From: an uncultured virus (IMG/VR IMGVR_UViG_3300042517_001086)
Taxonomy: Duplodnaviria > Heunggongvirae > Uroviricota > Caudoviricetes
DNA: 20,000 bases
Strand: one strand, 5' to 3'
IMG/VR virus record: IMGVR_UViG_3300042517_001086
Positions 14,337 to 20,000 of the stretch are shown here, piece by piece. The notes below the pieces were generated by a model. That model saw only the letters and a program-made list of their open reading frames with translations. It searched no databases and was not told where the DNA came from. The stretch's first letter is position 1, and every line of letters starts with the position of its first letter. The translations under genes were made by a program, and so were the position numbers.

Positions 14337-14583
14337 ATCGTCGTTGTTGTGGAGCGTAATCATGCCATTGTCCATTTTCGTGTAAGTAGAAAACCTTGTC
14401 AATATTAGGATCGTAAGCCATCAGACAGTATTGTACCGGATAAACTGGCTTTGTCAATACTTGTTTTTGCTCTTGTGAAGGATGACGCAAAGGTGGAATT
14501 TTTATATCACCCTTTTGGTAGTCCTTAACCCCATTATACGCCAGACCCACCACAGCAATCAATATCCCAATCCACTGGATCAT
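14209..14583 (-). CDS. membrane-anchored protein with Gln/Tyr-rich tail
   Basis: ORF track, start moved to MIQWIG; N-terminal TM. Confidence 0.65.
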   Translation of the reverse strand: MIQWIGILIAVVGLAYNGVKDYQKGDIKIPPLRHPSQEQKQVLTKPVYPVQYCLMAYDPNIDKVFYLHENGQWHDYAPQQRRYATQTQPYQNQGSTAVASSYGSQGTPSYRYGQSPQANPNPIR

Positions 14584-14626
14584 TCTCTCGCCCTTTGTTG
14601 ATTCCCTTCTCGTTCTCATATCCTTA

Positions 14627-14655
14627 TTATCGACCAATCACCACCCTAAACTTTA
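14627..14655 (-). promoter_or_regulatory. stand-alone sigma28-like promoter
   Basis: TAAAG(TTT)-N16-GTCGATAA with no TTGAC. Confidence 0.65.
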
Positions 14656-14675
14656 GGAGTTTTCTGGAATTTCTC

Positions 14676-14753
14676 TAAGTCCGCATCCTGCAACAACTTA
14701 CGTCAAATCCGGCCGCCCCCGCTCGCCCTAAGTGCTTATGCAGTAAGGGTTTG
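14676..14753. repeat. element A copy 4
   Basis: TAAGTCCGC-N7-AACAACTTA / 28 bp / TAAGTGCTT-N7-AAGGGTTTG. Confidence 0.9.
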
Positions 14754-14762
14754 CGGAAAGTG

Positions 14763-14927
14763 TTACATATCCACTTCTGTCCTAATATACTCCATATCCT
14801 TCTCACACTTTGTGCAAAAGGGTTCGCCATTTTCGGAATAGAACCAAGGTTCAACATAAACTAGATTATCACAATCTGCACATTCCCACAAGTGCCTTAC
14901 TTTTTTATCGTCTATTTTTGTCCACAT
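14763..14927 (-). CDS. 54-aa zinc-ribbon protein (CADC...CTKC)
   Basis: Manually translated MWTKIDDKKVRHLWECADC...; TAATG coupling. Confidence 0.65.
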   Translation of the reverse strand: MWTKIDDKKVRHLWECADCDNLVYVEPWFYSENGEPFCTKCEKDMEYIRTEVDM

Positions 14928-15157
14928 TATTCAATACTCCATCCGGCATCTTTGAGAATATGAGTAGTATGCAACACACAAGTTAATCCATCAGCATTTG
15001 TATAGTTTCTATATCCGCGTTCATCAAGGTAGATATGTTCATCCAGCGTGTCGTTTTCATTTGTTTCCCATATAGCATCCATCGCAGCATCCCTCGGACA
15101 TTTGTTGCAGGAATAAATTAGTTCTAGTGTCCCACATTTGATATAATACTTTGCCAT
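14927..15157 (-). CDS. hypothetical protein
   Basis: ORF track; AGGGG RBS. Confidence 0.7.
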   Translation of the reverse strand: MAKYYIKCGTLELIYSCNKCPRDAAMDAIWETNENDTLDEHIYLDERGYRNYTNADGLTCVLHTTHILKDAGWSIE

Positions 15158-15159
15158 GA

Positions 15160-15729
15160 TTATCCCCTGTCTCTAAATTGTTGGCAGTGAACACAATTAC
15201 ACGCCCCATAACCATCAACATCTTCATCAGCATCATAATCAAACTTTCCATAAATATCTTCATCCCAATCAGTAAAACTCTCAATCCCAAGGTCAATCAC
15301 AACCGGAACCCATGATCCTTTGCGTCGAACATAACCAAAGTTACCCTTGTGAGAATCATTATACTCTAAGCCATGCTCACCCAAATCATAAACTAGCTCA
15401 GAGATAGTAGTACCGTTCTTACATTCGCTCTGAAAACATTCACCATCACAATCCTCATCATGACATTCCGGCATAGTACGAGCCACTTCGGTCAAATAAC
15501 CATGAGCAGTCAACTCACCATCATGCCTACGAATCATACCAACATCCCCATATACCATAGGAGCCAAATTAAACTCGGCCAGATATTTTTGAACCCGATG
15601 GGCAAACTCTGCTTCTTGTTTATTCTCAAATTCTTTAAAGCCCACACGTTTACGGCCAATCTTTTTGTCTTTAATAATATAGAAAGCATTTTTACTTCCT
15701 GCATCATCATACAATCCAACGTAGCTCAT
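15160..15729 (-). CDS. minimal protein-kinase-like protein
   Basis: VGFK lysine, LAPMVYG, catalytic-loop-like YNDSHKGNFG, VVIDLG (DFG equivalent); Cys clusters. Confidence 0.7.
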   Translation of the reverse strand: MSYVGLYDDAGSKNAFYIIKDKKIGRKRVGFKEFENKQEAEFAHRVQKYLAEFNLAPMVYGDVGMIRRHDGELTAHGYLTEVARTMPECHDEDCDGECFQSECKNGTTISELVYDLGEHGLEYNDSHKGNFGYVRRKGSWVPVVIDLGIESFTDWDEDIYGKFDYDADEDVDGYGACNCVHCQQFRDRG

Positions 15730-15762
15730 AGCTTTCCCTTTCCAAGTTGGTGATACTCCACC

Positions 15763-15804
15763 ATTCTACAGTATCTTATCGACAAATGCAATAGTGAAAC
15801 TTGA
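15763..15804 (-). promoter_or_regulatory. nested sigma70 / sigma28-like promoter
   Basis: TTGCAT-N17-TAGAAT plus TCAAG-N16-GTCGATAA. Confidence 0.75.
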
Positions 15805-15812
15805 ATAATCTC

Positions 15813-15890
15813 TAAAGTCTTATGAGTCAAGGACTTACGACCGATCCGTCCGCTCGCCCTTGCCGTAAGTCTTTTACTGACAAGGATTTA
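15813..15890. repeat. element A copy 5
   Basis: TAAAGTCTT-N7-AAGGACTTA / 28 bp / TAAGTCTTT-N7-AAGGATTTA. Confidence 0.9.
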
Positions 15891-15919
15891 TAGAAAATCT
15901 CCTCTCCCCGTCAATTTTT

Positions 15920-15929
15920 GGTGTATTAT
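15920..15929 (+). promoter_or_regulatory. GGTGTATTAT motif upstream of HNH gene
   Basis: 17 bp before the ATG, followed by AAGGAG RBS. Confidence 0.45.
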
Positions 15930-15946
15930 TATTTAAAGGAGCTTTT

Positions 15947-16537
15947 ATGAAAAAAACACCCCAGTCCAAGATTGATAATAATTGTAAATGGGCTAAAAAT
16001 AATGTTAATAAAGTACGTCAATATAAACGCAAATACAAACACGAACAAAAAAGATTAGCCAGAGAACATATTAAATTCATAAAAGAACTTTCTGGTTGTA
16101 AAACTTGTGGAAATAAAAATATCCACTGTCTAGATTTCCATCATCGCCCTAAAACTAAAAAGAAAAATACAGTATGTAATCTTGTACGTCATGGATATTC
16201 TCTTGAAATAATTAAAAGAGAAATAAAAAAATGTGATATTATTTGCTCTAATTGCCATAGAACATATCATTACACTGGCAAGTATATGAGGAATAAAAAA
16301 GGTGCCTTAGTACATACTATTAAATCAAATAGTAAGTGCTTATATTGTAGTTGTAATAATATAGAATGTCTAGATTTTCATCACACAGATGACAATAAAG
16401 AACATAGTATAGGTGCAATGATACGAGATAAAGCCGTATCTATAGAACAGTTAAAAACAGAGATTGAAAAATGTATCATACTCTGCTCTAACTGTCATAG
16501 AACGCTTCATGCTAATGACAGGGAAAAAGAACATTAG
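15947..16537 (+). CDS. tandem double-HNH endonuclease
   Basis: Two repeats of CxxC...CLDFHH...CSNCHR; AT-rich; convergent 26-bp overlap with the GP88-like gene. Confidence 0.85.
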   Translation: MKKTPQSKIDNNCKWAKNNVNKVRQYKRKYKHEQKRLAREHIKFIKELSGCKTCGNKNIHCLDFHHRPKTKKKNTVCNLVRHGYSLEIIKREIKKCDIICSNCHRTYHYTGKYMRNKKGALVHTIKSNSKCLYCSCNNIECLDFHHTDDNKEHSIGAMIRDKAVSIEQLKTEIEKCIILCSNCHRTLHANDREKEH

Positions 16538-17222
16538 GCTTATCTTTATCGAGACACATATTGCAAGCCTGACTATCCTTTGTTCCAGTGCATGTAACAA
16601 ATGAACGACCACGACGAATCTCTGGACAAGTGATAAACTTTTCACCTTCAAGTATTACCAGTTTCGGTAGAGCCTGACGCCATGCGTCTGCCTTTGCTTT
16701 ATTTTTGGGTCGCTTTGGTGCAATTTTTTGGTCGCTGTCACACCATGCGAACTTGGTAAAACCCTTAGATTTTGCAATCTTCATATGTTCACCATTATGA
16801 ATACTAGCAAAGATAGAAAAATACTTGCCAAGTTGTGCTGGAATACGCTCGTCATAAACATGGGTATAAAACCACATTTTTGGCAAAGTATCACCATCGG
16901 CCAGAATACTATCGCAAGCCCAGACTACATTCTCTACAAAGCTAATATCAAGTTCGCCATTCAGCAACCAATCGCCACGTTCCATAAATCGAATACTACG
17001 ATTACGACGCTTGGCTTCTAGAATCATAGAGCGGATACGATTCTTTTCTGTGATAAGATTCTGCATACCAGCAGGGCGAACACCCGGATAAATCTTCTCA
17101 GTGTTTTCGGCATAACAACCATTATCAAGAAATGCACAGTCTGGCGGGCAAGTATCCCCAACCGGGCGAGAAACTACCAGACAATTTTTGCCGAGCTTGT
17201 CATTACCTTCAGCGTACTTCAT
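16512..17222 (-). CDS. GP88-like Cys-rich phage protein
   Basis: GNDKLG, TCPPDC...GCYA, RF...GD, WFYTH, C-terminal TCPE...TC...CNMC pattern; AGGAG RBS. Confidence 0.65.
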   Translation of the reverse strand: MKYAEGNDKLGKNCLVVSRPVGDTCPPDCAFLDNGCYAENTEKIYPGVRPAGMQNLITEKNRIRSMILEAKRRNRSIRFMERGDWLLNGELDISFVENVVWACDSILADGDTLPKMWFYTHVYDERIPAQLGKYFSIFASIHNGEHMKIAKSKGFTKFAWCDSDQKIAPKRPKNKAKADAWRQALPKLVILEGEKFITCPEIRRGRSFVTCTGTKDSQACNMCLDKDKPNVLFPCH

Positions 17223-17243
17223 GTTCTTCTCCTGTGTCTACTG

Positions 17244-17285
17244 ATTCTACACTATGGTATCGGCATAGTCAAGCGAAAAACTTCA
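17244..17285 (-). promoter_or_regulatory. nested sigma70 / sigma28-like promoter
   Basis: TTGACT-N17-TAGAAT plus TGAAG-N16-GCCGATAC; closely similar to 11445-11485. Confidence 0.8.
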
Positions 17286-17302
17286 AAAAATTATTCTTGA
17301 TG

Positions 17303-17380
17303 CAAGTTGTTGTGAAATAAGGACTTACGACGAACCGGGGCGGCCGGGCTTGTCCTAAGTGCTTATGCAGTAAGGGTTTA
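17303..17380. repeat. element A copy 6
   Basis: CAAGTTGTT-N7-AAGGACTTA / 28 bp / TAAGTGCTT-N7-AAGGGTTTA. Confidence 0.9.
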
Positions 17381-17387
17381 TGACAAA

Positions 17388-17461
17388 CGAGAGCGACGGG
17401 ACTCGAACCCGCAACCTCTAGCGTGACAAGCTAGCGATCTAACCAATTGATCTACGCCCCC
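17388..17461 (-). tRNA. tRNA-Asp(GTC)
   Basis: GGGGGCG/CGCTCTC; anticodon loop TTGTCAC; G73. Confidence 0.92.
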
Positions 17462-17466
17462 AATAA

Positions 17467-17538
17467 TAGCCCCAAGAGGAATCGAACCTCTAACCAGTGC
17501 TTAGAAGGCACTTGTTATATCCATTTAACTATGGGGCC
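17467..17538 (-). tRNA. tRNA-Arg(TCT)
   Basis: GGCCCCA/TGGGGCT; anticodon loop CTTCTAA. Confidence 0.92.
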
Positions 17539-17603
17539 GCAATACCGCAAGCCCCCACGGCGTCCCGTGGAGGCTCGCAGCCATTATAACTCCTTAGAGT
17601 CGA

Positions 17604-17861
17604 TCACGCAACTGCTTCAGTAGTTTCCTTTTCTACCTTACCGTCATGGGCATCACCAGCCTGTTCAGCAGTCACACCCGTAACCCTCGCTCGCCACACC
17701 TTATAACCTTGCTCGCTGAAAGCCTTGACCTCACCGGCCTTGACATTAGCGTGAACATCGCCAGGAAGGCTATCGCTCAGGCAATCACGAATCGAATCAA
17801 CCACGCCGTCACGATCAAGCTCATCGGCCACAACATCAACCACAAAACTAAACTTCTTCAT
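17604..17861 (-). CDS. hypothetical protein
   Basis: ORF track, start moved to MKKFSF (GGAG RBS); two upstream promoters. Confidence 0.75.
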   Translation of the reverse strand: MKKFSFVVDVVADELDRDGVVDSIRDCLSDSLPGDVHANVKAGEVKAFSEQGYKVWRARVTGVTAEQAGDAHDGKVEKETTEAVA

Positions 17862-17908
17862 CTTACATTCTCCAAAAAGTGTTACAGTTACCAAATCGTT
17901 CTAGTATC

Positions 17909-17937
17909 AGTATACGCTACTGTTACCCACTTGTCAA
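17909..17937 (-). promoter_or_regulatory. sigma70 promoter
   Basis: TTGACA-N17-TATACT. Confidence 0.75.
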
Positions 17938-17997
17938 GTCCGTCGTGATGGTTTCTGTTGTTGGCATCATCGCGGAGTCTTGTCTCGTGATACTCTC

Positions 17998-18038
17998 ATT
18001 CTACAGTATAGTATCGTCATTGTCAAGCCGGAACTTGA
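17998..18038 (-). promoter_or_regulatory. nested sigma70 / sigma28-like promoter
   Basis: TTGACA-N17-TAGAAT plus TCAAG-N15-GACGATAC. Confidence 0.8.
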
Positions 18039-18067
18039 GTGTCCCTCAAAAATTTTTGTTTTTGTCC

Positions 18068-18145
18068 TAAGTTGTTTGCTGATAAGGACTTATGTCAAAT
18101 TCGGCCCGCCCCGTTTGCCGTAAGTCTTTACAGCATAGGGGTTTA
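18068..18145. repeat. element A copy 7
   Basis: TAAGTTGTT-N7-AAGGACTTA / 28 bp / TAAGTCTTT-N7-AGGGGTTTA; 2 bp from the stop of the bL12-like gene. Confidence 0.9.
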
Positions 18146-18147
18146 GG

Positions 18148-18522
18148 TTATGAGAGATAACCCTCACAACCCAATCCAGCCAGATCACGCAGCAGTGCCT
18201 CTGCCGCTTCGGGCGTTTTCAGCATCATGCTCTGCTTGGTTCCTGCCGGTGCCGGATACCACTTGTCGTACTTCCAACCACCAACCAGAAAGTCGGTCCA
18301 ATCCTTTGCCTCTTTCAGTCCCCACCCGGTGTGAAGACGAATAGCTTTGATGCAAGGGATACGATTATCCGTATTCATTCCAGCAGTAATCGTCACACAA
18401 CGACGCTGGTTCACACCCAGTGCAACTTCCAACGAGCAAACAATCTTCTCGAACATGTCGAGACTGCAACCGTTGGCAATCATGTTCAGAGACTCACGGA
18501 CGCTCAGTTCGACTTTGATCAT
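18148..18522 (-). CDS. ribosomal protein bL12 (L7/L12) C-terminal-domain-like protein
   Basis: NRIPCIKAIRLHTGWGLKEAKDWTD and EAAEALLRDLAGLG resemble the bL12 CTD ([24 protein letters not shown]...AEALKKALEEAG). Confidence 0.75.
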   Translation of the reverse strand: MIKVELSVRESLNMIANGCSLDMFEKIVCSLEVALGVNQRRCVTITAGMNTDNRIPCIKAIRLHTGWGLKEAKDWTDFLVGGWKYDKWYPAPAGTKQSMMLKTPEAAEALLRDLAGLGCEGYLS

Positions 18523-19003
18523 AAATTCCAAAACTTTCTGTATACTTAGGGTCTATCTCGTAAATGCCGTCAAAATTTCCGTTACGTTCTTCCAGAATAT
18601 GTACCTGTCGCCCATCGGTAACTAAGGTGTCATACTCACTGTTATCCCAAACAAATTCACCACCATCACTCTCCCTACGCCAATGTACGTCTTTGATTGG
18701 GTTATAATACAACTTCTCAAGATTGTCAATAGGCAAAGAGGGATAAAAATCCTTGCGAAGCATAACTTCTTCACACTGCACCCAACCACTAACATTCTTT
18801 TTCTGTTTCTTATTGACCCATTTTGCCCTAGCTACCTTATTTACCAGCTTGCAACCACGCATCTCTAACTGGTATTCTGTAGGATCTACATAAAATTGGT
18901 CAACCCTTTTCTTACCCTGCATAATATTTACTTGCCACTTCCGATAGTTCTGCCCATTGAGCAGATGGAATCGTACTTCGGCGTGTTTTTCGACCGTTTT
19001 CAT
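18494..19003 (-). CDS. hypothetical phage protein
   Basis: ORF track; GAGG RBS; ATGA overlap. Confidence 0.75.
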   Translation of the reverse strand: MKTVEKHAEVRFHLLNGQNYRKWQVNIMQGKKRVDQFYVDPTEYQLEMRGCKLVNKVARAKWVNKKQKKNVSGWVQCEEVMLRKDFYPSLPIDNLEKLYYNPIKDVHWRRESDGGEFVWDNSEYDTLVTDGRQVHILEERNGNFDGIYEIDPKYTESFGIYDQSRTERP

Positions 19004-19245
19004 TTACCTCTCCCGATAACAACGCATGACGTAGGCTCGTCGCCTTCCATATCCTTGTAGTACGTTGCGTGTCGCCCATTATACCAATAAAGCTTTTCTT
19101 GTCCATCCCAATTATCATCAACAACAACAGCCCCATTCCTCTGAACTTCGATATTGTCGTATCCACCCTCGTAACCCGGCACCAGTACCAGCATATCTTG
19201 GGGTAGCTTGTTCAGTTCTTCGATCAATTCGGCAACAGTCATCAT
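19000..19245 (-). CDS. hypothetical phage protein (MTVAELIEELNKLPQD...GYEGGYD)
   Basis: ORF track; GAAAGGGA RBS; promoter upstream. Confidence 0.75.
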   Translation of the reverse strand: MMTVAELIEELNKLPQDMLVLVPGYEGGYDNIEVQRNGAVVVDDNWDGQEKLYWYNGRHATYYKDMEGDEPTSCVVIGRGK

Positions 19246-19266
19246 ATTCCCTTTCGTGTTACCACT

Positions 19267-19308
19267 ATCTTACACTACTATTATCGACAAGTCAAGAGGG
19301 AATCTTGA
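19267..19308 (-). promoter_or_regulatory. nested sigma70 / sigma28-like promoter
   Basis: TTGACT-N17-TAAGAT plus TCAAG-N15-GTCGATAA. Confidence 0.75.
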
Positions 19309-19325
19309 AAAAATATTGCTAATCG

Positions 19326-19403
19326 TAAAGTCTTTAGAGATAAGGACTTACGTCGAAACCGGCCCGCCCGATTTGCTCTAAGTCGTTATGTAGCGGTAAC
19401 TTA
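19326..19403. repeat. element A copy 8
   Basis: TAAAGTCTT-N7-AAGGACTTA / 28 bp / TAAGTCGTT-N7-GGTAACTTA; contains the stop codon of the upstream gene. Confidence 0.9.
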
Positions 19404-19512
19404 TGTACCACCAACCACAATCTCCGCATAAACTCCAAACAAGACCATGCTTATCAACAGTATACATAATTTCATTACAGTTGCCACAACCACACATGTT
19501 AAAAGTTTTCAT
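19378..19512 (-). CDS. 44-aa zinc-ribbon micro-protein (CGNC...CGDC)
   Basis: ORF track, start moved to MKTFNM. Confidence 0.55.
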   Translation of the reverse strand: MKTFNMCGCGNCNEIMYTVDKHGLVWSLCGDCGWWYISYRYITT

Positions 19513-19516
19513 AATT

Positions 19517-19774
19517 TCAACCACTAGGATAATCTGGTGGGTAAGGCTGTTCTGGTGGTGGTGGTTTTGGTTGCCCCTCATCGGGTTGCCAGTATGGAGC
19601 ATCCATATAATCTACATTACCGGGAGCTTCACTACAATCAATATTGTGAATACAAAAAGGATCATTATAGTTTATCCTATATGTTCCACGCCACACACCA
19701 ATAGGCTCACCATAATAGATGATCTTCTGACCATTAATAGGACGACGAGGTCCGTGGAAACTAATCCATTCCAT
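19517..19774 (-). CDS. hypothetical protein (MEWIS...; DUF551-like, Pro-rich tail)
   Basis: ORF track; TAATG coupling; GAGGTGG RBS. Confidence 0.7.
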   Translation of the reverse strand: MEWISFHGPRRPINGQKIIYYGEPIGVWRGTYRINYNDPFCIHNIDCSEAPGNVDYMDAPYWQPDEGQPKPPPPEQPYPPDYPSG

Positions 19775-19944
19775 TAGGATGCCACCTCTGTTTCGCAGTC
19801 CATCAGTTTATTAAAAACACGTTCTTGCATCTTCATAAACTGATTCTGATTTCCCCAATATTCTCCACGCTCCATATTCTCACATACCAGATTATACAAA
19901 TAGTTAATTTCGGTTTTGGTCAGCTCAAGCGTTGTAGTTTTCAT
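19774..19944 (-). CDS. 56-aa hypothetical protein (MKTTTLELTKTEINYLYNLV...)
   Basis: Manually translated; TAA overlaps the next ATG. Confidence 0.65.
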   Translation of the reverse strand: MKTTTLELTKTEINYLYNLVCENMERGEYWGNQNQFMKMQERVFNKLMDCETEVAS

Positions 19945-20000
19945 CCCTTAGTAACCTCAATACTCCACTTAGTACCCTTCAACTCAGCAATCACACACAT

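Noticed and set aside
14675..14857. 60-aa minus-strand ORF in the track
   Set aside because: Runs through element A; the coupled zinc-ribbon ORF 14763-14927 in another frame is better supported.
13145..16537. HNH genes as group I intron-encoded
   Set aside because: Flanking genes and tRNAs are intact, not split, and there is no room for intron core structure.
10293..19403. Element A as a CRISPR array
   Set aside because: Copies are degenerate and separated by 0.7-1.7 kb of genes rather than 30-40 bp spacers; no cas genes seen.
10293..19403. Element A as rho-independent terminators
   Set aside because: No consistent U-tract, the GC core is not a clean hairpin, and the DUF932 gene has its own terminator next to copy 1.
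1178..19777. Remaining short plus-strand ORFs in the track (e.g. 2616-3047, 11695-11972, 16728-17021, 19403-19777)
   Set aside because: Antisense to well-supported minus-strand genes or tRNAs, with no RBS or recognisable motifs.
1..20000. Alternative genetic code (stop-codon reassignment)
   Set aside because: TAA, TAG and TGA all end tightly coupled genes; only one internal TGA was seen and there is no canonical suppressor tRNA.

Overview
This 20 kb window looks like the early/accessory region of a large dsDNA bacteriophage; the host may be a planctomycete, which is an inference. About 55 mostly short genes lie on the minus strand, often with overlapping stop/start codons. Recognisable products are an ASCH protein, a DnaJ-type Zn finger, DUF932, a type I phosphoribosyltransferase, a kinase-like protein, a GP88-like protein, a bL12 C-terminal-domain protein and three HNH endonucleases (two on the + strand). 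There are 10 tRNA genes, none encoding CCA. The most striking content is non-coding: (1) eight copies of a 78-bp element made of two 25-bp palindromes exactly 53 bp apart, sitting at module boundaries upstream of promoters; (2) six copies of a second, fixed-spacing 46-bp element; (3) about ten promoters carrying a sigma28-like motif, mostly nested with a sigma70 promoter; (4) a tRNA-shaped RNA whose anticodon loop is replaced by a 20-nt pyrimidine-rich, anti-Shine-Dalgarno-like loop, between a very acidic micro-protein gene and the PRT gene; (5) three tRNAs sharing an A18/G55 elbow swap; (6) a GGTGTATTAT motif upstream of all three HNH genes. All calls come from manual reading; no searches were run.
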